From Alphaproteobacteria bacterium GWF2_58_20 (GTDB lineage: Bacteria > Pseudomonadota > Alphaproteobacteria > UBA1247): 64,000 nucleotides of DNA. Position numbers and translations under genes: made by a program. Where the stretch lies: contig MEMB01000007.1 in the NCBI GenBank assembly GCA_001768735.1, positions 23,612 to 87,611 of the forward strand, read 5' to 3'. Shown piece after piece: positions 1 through 8,630 of this stretch. The notes under the pieces were generated by a model that worked only from the letters and a program-made list of their open reading frames with translations, made no database searches and was not told where the DNA came from. How positions within the stretch are numbered: position 1 is the first letter of the stretch; every line of letters starts with the position of its first letter.

Positions 1-8
1 GCCAGCCG

Positions 9-224
9 GTGTCGAAGGAAACTTTCCTGCGCCAGCAGGTGGCCCAGGCCGAGGCGGAACTTTCGCTGATCGACCAGGAAGGGCAGATTGTCGGTTACAT
101 GGCGCGTCTGGTGGCGCTTGATGCCATGGCGCTTTCGGAAGCCGTGGCGGGGGAAGACCTGCCGGAAAACCTTGAGGGGATGGATGGGCTGGCGGATGCC
201 GTGAGCCTGTTTGTGCCGGAATGA
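9..224 (+). CDS. small acidic hypothetical protein; first gene of a coupled operon (overlaps next ORF)
   Basis: ATG ORF of 71 aa, acidic, no recognisable motif. 3' end overlaps the next gene, which suggests coupling. Confidence 0.3.
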   Translation: MSKETFLRQQVAQAEAELSLIDQEGQIVGYMARLVALDAMALSEAVAGEDLPENLEGMDGLADAVSLFVPE

Positions 225-624
225 GATGGGGAAGAAAATGACAATGCGGAAAACCGTCCTGATGGCTTGCCTTGGAATAACGTTCCTGGCCAGTCCTGCC
301 TTTGCGGGCAGTGTGGAAAATCTTGAGCGTGAGCGGGCAGAGCTGGTGGCAACCATGCTGGATCCCGGCCTTTCGGCTGCCGAAAGGCAGGAGACGCTTG
401 CGGCGGGTGCGCGACGCCTGGTGGATTTTGAGCGCATGGTGCTGCGTGACCGTACCCTGCCTGGGCGTGAAACCCCGGCGGTGAAGATGGCTTTTGCCAA
501 TGATGACCTGACGTTCCTTGTGCTGGCTTCCGGCGAAAAAGGCTTGTGGATTGTCGATCACTGGCTGGACCATATGGGGCTCTCGAGCGCCTCGCTGGAA
601 ACCGCGCGCCGGGGGCGGAGATGA
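211..624 (+). CDS. secreted hypothetical protein (signal peptide)
   Basis: N-terminal signal peptide LMACLGITFLASPAFAGS. Its stop overlaps the next start (ATGA at 621-624). Confidence 0.45.
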   Translation: MCRNEMGKKMTMRKTVLMACLGITFLASPAFAGSVENLERERAELVATMLDPGLSAAERQETLAAGARRLVDFERMVLRDRTLPGRETPAVKMAFANDDLTFLVLASGEKGLWIVDHWLDHMGLSSASLETARRGRR

Positions 625-1142
625 AAGGCCTTCCGGGCTTTGCATCTTCCGGTCTTGCCTTGTCCATCTTGCGGGGGGGAAGCGCCCTTCTGGGAGGCGT
701 TGTCCTTGCCCTGGCGCTGGCCTCAGCGCTTTCCGGGCAGGGGCCGGATGCGGTGCTGCGTTGGGCGTTCGACATTCTGGGGGGTGGGTTCATTGTCCTT
801 TTGTTGACGTTGTCGCTGGTGGCGCTGACCGCATGGGCGCGTCCATCAGGGGCCGCCGATGCCCGCTGGTGGGCGGAAGCCGGCATGCAGGCCACAAATG
901 GCATTGCCGCCCTGGCGCTGACCTATACCCTGCTTGGCATCAGCCTTGGGATTGAAAGCCTGGCAGGCCAGCCGCTGGATGCCCATTCGGCCCCCGTCCT
1001 CATCATGGACCTCACACGCCGTTTCAGCATGGCTTTCATGACCACTGTCATTGGCTTGCCCTTGTCCACCTTGTTGCGGTCGATGCTGCTGGTGAGTGCC
1101 GCCCGCTCGAAACCTGTATCAAAAATGGGAGATCCCTCATGA
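621..1142 (+). CDS. polytopic membrane protein, distantly MotA/TolQ/ExbB-like
   Basis: Four hydrophobic helices. The C-terminal pair (LGISLGIESLAG ... FMTTVIGLPLSTLL) resembles the conserved channel helices of the MotA/TolQ/ExbB family. ATGA overlap at both gene ends. Confidence 0.4.
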   Translation: MKGLPGFASSGLALSILRGGSALLGGVVLALALASALSGQGPDAVLRWAFDILGGGFIVLLLTLSLVALTAWARPSGAADARWWAEAGMQATNGIAALALTYTLLGISLGIESLAGQPLDAHSAPVLIMDLTRRFSMAFMTTVIGLPLSTLLRSMLLVSAARSKPVSKMGDPS

Positions 1143-1795
1143 AATTCCTTGTCTTCAATCTCGCGGTCATCGCTGCTCTGGCCTATCTGGTGATGGCACA
1201 CGGGCCCGGATTTCCGGGGCTGGTGCAAACGGCGCAGGAGGCGGTTGCCGCTGTCCAGCCGTCCATGCCTGCCGGGGAAACGGCGGCCAAAAGGGAAAAC
1301 GATTCCCCCATGCCGGAGCAGGACGCGGAAGGGGAAGCATCCGGTTCCCGCATGGCGCGATTGGAAGAGGCCATGGCGTCTCTTGCCAGAACACAGCAGG
1401 AGCTTGCCGTGGCCATGGAAAAGCTGGCCCGGTTGCCTGAAGCCGCATCCTTTCCTGTTGAAATGCCTGCCCGTGTGGCGGATATGCCTCCCCCTGCCCT
1501 TGCCGGGGCGGACGTGGAAAACCCGGAAACTTCAATGGCTGAATCCTTGCCCGTGGGGTTGGACCTCTCCGGGCCGCGTTCCCTGCTGCCTTCTTCCGCG
1601 CAGCTTTCTCCCCCCGCGCTTCCCATGCTGATGGATGCCTTGCCTGTGTCGCCGGTGGTTGTTGCCGATGACATGGATTTTGGGTTTGCTGACAAGGAGG
1701 ATGCTCCGGGTCTTTCTGTCCGTGATCGGCAGGTGGCGCTGGGCGCGATGGCTGAAGACATGGAAATGCTTTACGCCCGCAAACTTGGGGAGTGA
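1139..1795 (+). CDS. bitopic membrane protein with coiled-coil and acidic low-complexity region
   Basis: N-terminal TM helix (FLVFNLAVIAALAYLVMA), then a coiled-coil-like and Pro/Ala/Glu-rich segment. Start overlaps the previous stop by 4 bp. Confidence 0.4.
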   Translation: MKFLVFNLAVIAALAYLVMAHGPGFPGLVQTAQEAVAAVQPSMPAGETAAKRENDSPMPEQDAEGEASGSRMARLEEAMASLARTQQELAVAMEKLARLPEAASFPVEMPARVADMPPPALAGADVENPETSMAESLPVGLDLSGPRSLLPSSAQLSPPALPMLMDALPVSPVVVADDMDFGFADKEDAPGLSVRDRQVALGAMAEDMEMLYARKLGE

Positions 1796-1801
1796 GGCGG
1801 C

Positions 1802-2783
1802 CATGGCAGGATGGCGCACGCCTGACAGGGTGTCGGTGGGTGTCTCCCTCCTGCTGGGGGGCATCGCCTGTGGCGCTTTGGTCCTGCAGGTTCCATCCCC
1901 TGAAAAAACGATGCCGGACGTGCCTGCAGAAAGGGAAATATTCCGGCCCGCGCCGCCCCTGCTTGCGCAGGAGGGGGTGCAAGCGGACGTGTTGCGCTTG
2001 CCTCCACCGCCGGAACGGAGCTTGCCACCGCCTGATGCTCCATCTGTCCTTTCTCCTGCGGTCTTTCCTGTGAAGGTTGCTGCGCCCCCCTTGCCAAAAG
2101 GGAAGGAGATTGCAAAACGGCGTCCGTCCGTCTTGCCTCCCCAAGAAAAGCCGGCATCCCCGCCTTCCCTGCCTGTCCATTCCCTTCCGCGTCCGGAAAG
2201 GAACATGAGGCCCGATCCGGCCCCTGTTTCACCGCCTGTTCCGGAGATCGACCTGGCCCGGACAGCGGCGCCCGAGGTGGTGTCCATGGCGGCGGAGGGA
2301 CGTGTCCTCCTGCGGTTGCTGGAACAGGATGCGGGGCCGGAGGTGGAGATTGCCTGGCCCGATGATGCTGGCGCGCGTGAACGGCTGTACCAGATGCTGG
2401 CCGGGCGGATGGGCATGCGGTCCGGTCTGCTCGATGTGACCACCGGAATTTTTTATGATGCCAAGGGAAGTGGCCCGCTTGACCTTGACCGTTACAGCCG
2501 GTTTGTCCGCTATCCGGAAGGGGCGGGAATTGTGGGCGAACAGCAAGCCTTGCGCATGGTCCGTGCGCAGGGGGGCGCGGGCATGGCCCAGCCTGTGCGG
2601 GTGTTTCCGCGTGCGGCGGATGCACTCCTGCTGGGGGGGCTTGCCCGTTTGGTGGGGAAAGGTTTCGGGCGGGCGCAGGTCTTGCGTGCCCGTTATCGTT
2701 TTTCACCGGAAGGGGTGCTGGTGGGGGATATTGTGGCTGATGGGCGTTCCGTGCCCGGGAATATCCGCCTCATCCGTCCATAA
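1802..2783 (+). CDS. TonB/TolA-like bitopic protein: TM anchor, long Pro-rich spacer, C-terminal globular domain
   Basis: Internal ATG at 1802 with a GGGGAG-like RBS. TM helix VSVGVSLLLGGIACGALVL. About 150 aa extremely Pro-rich (PPPPERSLPPPDAPS...PASPPSLPVHSLPRPE), then a ~200 aa C-terminal domain. Confidence 0.4.
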
Positions 2784-2836
2784 AACCGCATGAAGGGCCG
2801 GATGGTTTGGCCCGCATGGCCTTGAGGGAGGTTTTG

Positions 2837-3745
2837 ATGTCCTTGTCCAAACATGTGACCATTCTTGGCGTATTGCTGGCGCTTTCTGCACCTGCCCATG
2901 CCCAGCGCACGGCCTTGGTTGTGTTGTCTGGCCCGCAGGAAGAAGCGCTTGCGCGGGCGGAACGCATCCAGGCGGTTTTGCTGGATGAGCGGCCATTTGA
3001 CCAGGTGGATGTGAAACTCGATGTTGAACCGGCGGAGACGGGTGAGGTCCTTGCGGCTTTTCTTTCCGCGCCCGGAGAGTCCGATGATTTTCGCATGGCC
3101 CTTGTGCTGGCACCGGAAGCGGGGCTCTGTCAGGGGGATGATGTTGCGCCAGTGGTTTCGGCGGTTCCCTCCCTTGTGCTGGCACCGGAATGCCTTGTGG
3201 ATCGCATGGCCTTTCCCGCATCGCCCGCGGTGTATGACATGGATCCCAGCGGTCTTTCGCGCGACCTTTCCGGCGATCCGTGGTCGGGCGAACTTTTTGC
3301 TGGCGACATGGCCTTTCTTGCCATTCCTTTTGCGCAGGACATTCTTGCGCCGGAAGTGGAAGGGCTGCTGCTCCAGATGCTGGCTGCGGGCGGCGATGTC
3401 TCTCCGCTGGGCCTTTTGGAGATGTTCCGGTTGGGCCTTTCCGGGGATGGCAGTGATTTTACCCCTGTCCTTTATGCCACCCGCGATCTTGTCGCGCGCA
3501 CGGTGATCCTGTCCGGAAGCCCTGGAATCGGAGAAGATTTCCGGCAACGCAGACAGGTCTGGCCGCAGGTATTGTCCCTGGATGTCTATGCCGCGCCCAG
3601 TCTGGCAGAAGGGGCGGTAGCCCAGCTTCATGGAGGGTACAGGATAGAGCCCCTGCGCCGCGACCATAGTGGCCGCATGGTATATGTCCGTACCTTTTCC
3701 GGCCATTATGGCTGGGTGCGCGTGAGGGATCTTGGGCGTTCCTGA
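2837..3745 (+). CDS. secreted hypothetical protein
   Basis: ATG at 2837 preceded by GGGAGG. Signal peptide ILGVLLALSAPAHAQ. C-terminal segment SH3-like (GRMVYVRTFSGHYGWVRV). Confidence 0.45.
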   Translation: MSLSKHVTILGVLLALSAPAHAQRTALVVLSGPQEEALARAERIQAVLLDERPFDQVDVKLDVEPAETGEVLAAFLSAPGESDDFRMALVLAPEAGLCQGDDVAPVVSAVPSLVLAPECLVDRMAFPASPAVYDMDPSGLSRDLSGDPWSGELFAGDMAFLAIPFAQDILAPEVEGLLLQMLAAGGDVSPLGLLEMFRLGLSGDGSDFTPVLYATRDLVARTVILSGSPGIGEDFRQRRQVWPQVLSLDVYAAPSLAEGAVAQLHGGYRIEPLRRDHSGRMVYVRTFSGHYGWVRVRDLGRS

Positions 3746-3774
3746 CGGGGATTCATAATTCCCTTGTATGAAGG

Positions 3775-3812
3775 TATGAAATGGTCATATGCTGGTTTAT
3801 GACGGTTTCATA
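3775..3812. promoter_or_regulatory. two tandem inverted repeats TATGA-N5-TCATA upstream of the MarR gene; putative MarR operator
   Basis: tatgaAATGGtcata at 3775-3789 and tatgaCGGTTtcata at 3798-3812, 23 bp centre to centre, 20-55 bp upstream of the MarR start. Confidence 0.45.
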
Positions 3813-3831
3813 GCCATGACAGGGGGGAAAG

Positions 3832-4305
3832 ATGCAAGACCTGCTTGGAAGATATATTGGATTTGTGCTGAGCGATGTTGCGCGGTTGCTGAAGCATGAT
3901 TTTGACAGGTATGCCGCAGACCTTGGCGTGACCCGGGCGCAGTTCCGGGTTCTTGTTTGCCTGTGGTTTCAGGACGGGGTGCGGCAAAAGGAACTGGCCG
4001 ACATTCTGGAGATTTCCCCGATGACCCTTGCGCGCCTGCTGGACAGGCTGGAAACCTGGAAATGGGTTGAACGCAGGCCTGATCCTGGTGACCGCAGGGT
4101 GCGGCGGGTTCATCTCGTGGGCGATCATCCTGAATTGCGTGGCAAGATGCTCTTTTTTGCGGAAAACATCCAGGCCAAGGTTTTTGGCGGAATTTCCGAG
4201 ACGGAAAAGGAAAACATGTTTGATGTGCTTCAGCGCATGCGGGCCAATCTGGGAAATCCGGGCCTGATGCCGGACAGCATGTGTGGGGCGCGGCTTAGCG
4301 CCTGA
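3832..4305 (+). CDS. MarR family transcriptional regulator
   Basis: Winged-HTH MarR signature region (RAQFRVLVCLWFQDGVRQKELADILEISPMTLARLLDRLE ... DRRVRRVHLV). 157 aa. Confidence 0.8.
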   Translation: MQDLLGRYIGFVLSDVARLLKHDFDRYAADLGVTRAQFRVLVCLWFQDGVRQKELADILEISPMTLARLLDRLETWKWVERRPDPGDRRVRRVHLVGDHPELRGKMLFFAENIQAKVFGGISETEKENMFDVLQRMRANLGNPGLMPDSMCGARLSA

Positions 4306-5185
4306 GGAAAATGAAATCTCCACCATCATGCCCGGCTGCGGGAATGTTGGCATATTCAGGCTCTTGGCCTGCCGTGTCCATCCTGCCTGTGGCGGAGAGG
4401 TAGAGCTGGGTTCCGGTGAGAGGCCCACGGCCCTGCTGCCCGAGGGTTTCCAGAAGCGCTGAAGCAAAGACGGAATGTCCGCCCCGGCCATCGCTGACAG
4501 GTTCAAGGCCGCCAGAGGTGAGGGCAATGCGGGAGCGCTGGCGCAGTTTCTGCCCCAGGATTCCGGAAATGTCCGCAGGGTCATCTTTCACGGTCCGGGT
4601 CATGGTGCCCGCATAACAGCTATCCGAGATGACCAGGATCTTGCGGGCCGCACTCTGTTCCAGCAGGGCGGTAATGTCTGAAATGGAAATCCAGCTTTCC
4701 GGGGAATCCGCATGGGAATCGCGGGGCAGCCAGTAGCCTCCCCCGTGATCCCGTATGCCATGCCCCGCATAGTAGATGACCAGATTGTCGCTGGCTCCGG
4801 CGCTGGCGGAGAATTTCCGCAAGGCTGTCATCATCTCCTGCCGTCCGGGATCCGTAAGCAGGCGGGTTTCAAATCCATAATCCTTTTCCAGCTGTCGGGC
4901 CACCGCACGCGCATCGTTGCCGGCATTGGCCAGGCGCGGGACAGATGTGTAGGCATCAATGCCAATGGACAGGATGCGGAATGGCCCCAGCTGTTCCGGC
5001 GTCAGCGATGCCGACAGGTCAAAGGCCGGACGGGCGGCAAGGGTTCCATCTTCCCGGCCCGTCTCCCCCGTCTCCTGCCGTCCGCCGCTGCCCATCATGC
5101 CCCCAAGGCTGCCCCACTGGGCGTGCGCTGGCCATGCCACGGCCATCATGAGGAGCAAAAGCGGGACAAGTACGGGCTTTGACAT
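4295..5185 (-). CDS. secreted caspase-like cysteine peptidase (peptidase C14 / orthocaspase)
   Basis: Signal peptide LLLLMMAVAWPAHAQ. Caspase catalytic His (VIYYAGHGIRD) and Cys (ILVISDSCYAGTM) motifs are present. Convergent with MarR, 11 bp overlap. Confidence 0.75.
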   Translation of the reverse strand: MSKPVLVPLLLLMMAVAWPAHAQWGSLGGMMGSGGRQETGETGREDGTLAARPAFDLSASLTPEQLGPFRILSIGIDAYTSVPRLANAGNDARAVARQLEKDYGFETRLLTDPGRQEMMTALRKFSASAGASDNLVIYYAGHGIRDHGGGYWLPRDSHADSPESWISISDITALLEQSAARKILVISDSCYAGTMTRTVKDDPADISGILGQKLRQRSRIALTSGGLEPVSDGRGGHSVFASALLETLGQQGRGPLTGTQLYLSATGRMDTAGQEPEYANIPAAGHDGGDFIFLRR

Positions 5186-5205
5186 GATGCGCTTCCTTTC
5201 CGGCC

Positions 5206-6156
5206 TTATTTGCAGCCCGGTGTCCCCTTGATGTAGTCATTCAGGGTGCATTGTTTCTGGGGCGGCGTGGTTGGCTGGGTGGGCTGCACCGGCGGTGGTG
5301 TCGGTTTGTCCGGCTTGGTTGGCTTGTCGGGTTTTGTGGGTTTTTCGGGCGGGGGCGTGACGGTGGTGGTGCCGTTGTCCTGTCCAGCCTGTGAAACAGT
5401 CACCACATCCACTTCCACCTGCGGGGTCTGGACATAGGTCTGCCCCTGCTGGCTGACCCTGATGGGGGTCTTGGCCTGGCTCATGACGCCAATCCAGGTG
5501 GGGTTGTCGCGCGCGCCCTGTTCGTGCAGCGCGCCGAGGAAGTTTATGGTATAGCGGCCACCATTGGTATCGTCGCCCCAGGAGTATTCACCGGGGCTGG
5601 AACCGGAGGCGGCAATGAAGCCCTTGTAACCCAGGAACAGGGTACGGTAGCTGGAGGCCTTGGGCTGGCTGGCCCGCGGAATGGCCCGGTTGCGGCCCTC
5701 ATCGACAAAACTGTTGCAGGAATCGGACGTGGCGATGACGAGGCGCGCGCCCTTTGTCCGCAGCTTTGCCAGAATGTCGGAAAAATCCATGGGCTGGTCC
5801 TTGATGTACATCATGGGCCATTTGGTGGGGGTTTGCTTGGTGCGGTACCCGTGCCCGGAATAGTAGAAAAACAAGACATCGTCCTTGCCTGGACTGGCAT
5901 CGGCAATGGCGCGGGTGATGCCGGCGTTGGTCATCTGGCTTCCCACCAGCTCATTGATGTTGAGGGTCATGCCGGTGGCCTGCGCGATGTTGCGCAGTTC
6001 ATCCTTGATGTTGCCGGCATCAATAGCCACCGAAGTTCCAATGGAAGAGTCACTGGTGTCGGCGATGACGATGGCGTGCAGGCTGGCGGCGTGTGACATG
6101 CCGGACAGGCACAGGGCTACAAGCGCGGAAAGGAGGGGGCGAAGATGTCTGGTCAT
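5206..6156 (-). CDS. secreted caspase-like cysteine peptidase (C14) with C-terminal Pro/Thr-rich linker
   Basis: Signal peptide ALVALCLSGMSHAAS. His motif FFYYSGHGYRT and Cys motif LVIATSDSCNSFVD. C-terminal KPTKPDKPTKPDKPTPPPVQPTQPTTPP repeats. Confidence 0.75.
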   Translation of the reverse strand: MTRHLRPLLSALVALCLSGMSHAASLHAIVIADTSDSSIGTSVAIDAGNIKDELRNIAQATGMTLNINELVGSQMTNAGITRAIADASPGKDDVLFFYYSGHGYRTKQTPTKWPMMYIKDQPMDFSDILAKLRTKGARLVIATSDSCNSFVDEGRNRAIPRASQPKASSYRTLFLGYKGFIAASGSSPGEYSWGDDTNGGRYTINFLGALHEQGARDNPTWIGVMSQAKTPIRVSQQGQTYVQTPQVEVDVVTVSQAGQDNGTTTVTPPPEKPTKPDKPTKPDKPTPPPVQPTQPTTPPQKQCTLNDYIKGTPGCK

Positions 6157-6168
6157 GTTTAAAACCTG

Positions 6169-6660
6169 TCAGTTCTGGGGGAAAAGTTCATCAAGAAGGG
6201 ATTTCATGGTATCTGCGGCAGGATCAAAATCCTCGATGATCGAGCGGTCTTTGTCTTCAAAACGCCATAGGGCGCAGCCGGGCGCGACAAGGATGGAAAA
6301 GCTTTCCGCATTCCGCGTGAGGCGAAAGCCATATGTGGGCAGGAAAGGGCAGCGTTTGGAAGCGTCGAGGACATAGCTTGTTTCCGAAGATGCCATGAAG
6401 GCAAGCCGGTGGGCCTGTTCCGTGGAAAGGATGGGGCCGGCCTGCAAGACGGTGTGTTCCCCAATTTTCTGTGGGGCATTTTCGTCCATTTCGGCAGATA
6501 TCCTGAAACTTTCTATCCGGTCGGGCGCTTGCAGGATGCCGGAAATTTCCGGGCCAAGCAGCTTTGCGATGCTTGGCGAAAGGGCCGATGGCGCGCCCGC
6601 GCATCCCGGGAGCAGCATGCAGGAAACGAAAAGGCAGCAGAGGGAGGCATGTTTTTTCAT
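6169..6660 (-). CDS. lipoprotein, unknown function
   Basis: Start MKKHASLCCLFVSCMLLPGCAG, a lipobox-type signal. Within the same-strand gene string. Confidence 0.5.
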   Translation of the reverse strand: MKKHASLCCLFVSCMLLPGCAGAPSALSPSIAKLLGPEISGILQAPDRIESFRISAEMDENAPQKIGEHTVLQAGPILSTEQAHRLAFMASSETSYVLDASKRCPFLPTYGFRLTRNAESFSILVAPGCALWRFEDKDRSIIEDFDPAADTMKSLLDELFPQN

Positions 6661-6675
6661 GGGAGCATGAACCAC

Positions 6676-7266
6676 TTAACGGAATTTGATGCCATCGCCG
6701 CCCCGTGTTCCGGTGGCAGCGGGGGAAGCCTGCGGACGGCCCAGATTGGTGATTTCCACGCGGCGGTTGACGCCGGAGGCCGGATTTTCTGGATCCTTGA
6801 GTTTTTCGGATCCCCAGCCGACTGTGGTCAGGCGTTCGGGATCCATGTCAAACGTTTCCACAAGATAGGTCTTGACCGATATGGCGCGCGCCAGCGAGAG
6901 CCGCTTGTTCAGATCGGCCGGGCCTGTGGCGTCGGTGTGGCCGGCGATTTCGATTTTGGCGTTCGCAAGGGTTTCCGAGACCAGTGCCATTCCCAGCTCG
7001 CCCAGCTGGATGGTGGCATCCGGTGACAGTTCGGCCGAGCCGATGCGGAACCGGATGTCGAGATCAATCGCCTGCCGGATGTCCTGTCCGGGCCGGTTGA
7101 TGGGAGCGAGACTGCGGATGATGGTGTTGAGGTCGGCCACGCCCGGCTGGACATTGCGTGGGGTGGTGTCCGCCGGTGGGGTGCGGGTTTGCGTCAGGAA
7201 GCCTTGCGCGTGGGCCGCCGGGCTGGCCAGCAGGCACATCAGGGAAAAGGCAATCATGCGTTTCAT
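6676..7266 (-). CDS. OmpA-family peptidoglycan-binding protein
   Basis: Signal peptide MKRMIAFSLMCLLASPAAHAQG. OmpA C-terminal-like signature (FRIGSAELSP ... IEIAGHTDATGPADLNKRLSLARAISVKTYL ... NRRVEI). An alternative start at 7293 would give a 4-bp overlap with the upstream gene. Confidence 0.75.
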   Translation of the reverse strand: MKRMIAFSLMCLLASPAAHAQGFLTQTRTPPADTTPRNVQPGVADLNTIIRSLAPINRPGQDIRQAIDLDIRFRIGSAELSPDATIQLGELGMALVSETLANAKIEIAGHTDATGPADLNKRLSLARAISVKTYLVETFDMDPERLTTVGWGSEKLKDPENPASGVNRRVEITNLGRPQASPAATGTRGGDGIKFR

Positions 7267-7289
7267 GTCAGGTGTCCTTGTGCAAAGGG

Positions 7290-8630
7290 TCATGCGTCAT
7301 CGAACAGGTCTTCGGCTTCGTCGGGGGTGACGGTGCCGTCCTGCACGAGGGCGCGCTTTTTCTGTTCGTCGCTGGGCTGCGGAATCTTGTTTTCCTGCAT
7401 GTAGTCGCCCAGCATCGACATCCAGTTGCCGGCCTTTTCAATGTGCGAGGGCAGGCCGGTGAGTCCCAGGTCAAGGACGGTGCCCAGCTTGTCGGCATTC
7501 ATCAGCATTTCGGCAAGGTTGGGGCCCTTCCTGAACATTTTCTGGGCCATGTTGAACGCCTTGATGTCGGCATTGACGGCAAGGCCGACCCGGATCCACG
7601 AATTGACCATCTGCACGCCCCCCCTTTCAGCGGGAACCTGCGCAAGGTCCTCACGGCTGATGGTGGACTGGTCGATGACCGCAAAGGCCTTCTTGTAATC
7701 CTCGGAGGTGGCTGTGCCGGTTTCTCCGCCGCGCTTGAGCGATGCGGCCTGCGCCATGATCTGCTCGGCCAGTTCCTTGTTGCCGGTGGCCGCCTGCATG
7801 TTGGCCAGTGCCTTGAGCAGGTTGACCGTGCCGATGTTCATGTTGCGGATGAAGGCATCCGACTGGCCGCTGAAGGTCTGCGGAGCGCTGTCATCCTCGG
7901 TGAAGGCAGAAAACAGGGAGCCAAAGGCCAGGCCGTCATCTGCGGTGTTTGTGTCGCGGGCATCGTCCTGAGGGGCTGTCATGCTCCCCAGAAACGCCGC
8001 AAAGGGGTTGAAGTCACTGGAAGGGGCTGACGATCGCGATGGCATGGGCGCGTTGCGTCCGGTGCCCCTGCCGGATGTCATGGTGATGGGTTCGGATATA
8101 TGGAACTTGTCCTTGGGGGCCCAGCATTCGTTGGCGGAGATGCGTGTGCCACAATCTATCTGGTACCAGTCGCCCTGTTCCGCCACAATGTTTACGGCAT
8201 CGCCGCCGCGCAGGTCGCCTACACGTCCGCTGCCGGGCTTGTTCATCACCATCACGCTGCTGCGGGCCTTGCCGCGCAGGTTGATGTTTTTTGATGCCTG
8301 TATTTTTGGCTGGCTGAGGAGTTCACTGCTGATCCAGCCGGTTTTTCCGGAATCGAGGCAGTTGACCTGCGTCCAGCCCTTTTTCTGTCCAAGGACCGTG
8401 ACTCTCGCGCCAGCGGGAAGAATGGCAATGGCCGCATTTTCACGCCCCGGGCCGCTCCGCAGGTTGGAGGCCTTGGCAACGGTTGTGCCGGAGGCGGCAG
8501 TGCTGTTGCCAAAGTCCCCAAAGCTGGAAAGGGAGAACTGTTCATTCATTTCAGGCGTACAGGCCGCCAGAAAGCCAAGGGCGAGGAGGGCAAGAATGCG
8601 TTGCGTGTTTTTCATTGTCTGGAACCTCAC
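7290..8630 (-). CDS. lipoprotein with two bacterial SH3 (SH3b) domains and an unknown C-terminal domain
   Basis: Lipobox LALGFLAACT. Two SH3b-like segments (NLRSGPG ... VTVLGQKKGWTQV and NLRGKA ... DAVNIVAEQGDWYQI). 4-bp overlaps at both ends. Confidence 0.6.
   Translation of the reverse strand: MRFQTMKNTQRILALLALGFLAACTPEMNEQFSLSSFGDFGNSTAASGTTVAKASNLRSGPGRENAAIAILPAGARVTVLGQKKGWTQVNCLDSGKTGWISSELLSQPKIQASKNINLRGKARSSVMVMNKPGSGRVGDLRGGDAVNIVAEQGDWYQIDCGTRISANECWAPKDKFHISEPITMTSGRGTGRNAPMPSRSSAPSSDFNPFAAFLGSMTAPQDDARDTNTADDGLAFGSLFSAFTEDDSAPQTFSGQSDAFIRNMNIGTVNLLKALANMQAATGNKELAEQIMAQAASLKRGGETGTATSEDYKKAFAVIDQSTISREDLAQVPAERGGVQMVNSWIRVGLAVNADIKAFNMAQKMFRKGPNLAEMLMNADKLGTVLDLGLTGLPSHIEKAGNWMSMLGDYMQENKIPQPSDEQKKRALVQDGTVTPDEAEDLFDDA

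Noticed and set aside
95-2706. Long minus-strand ORFs (269, 337, 303, 311 aa) across the first operon
   Set aside because: Pro/Arg-rich antisense translations of GC-rich coding DNA. The plus-strand genes show signal peptides and coupled junctions.
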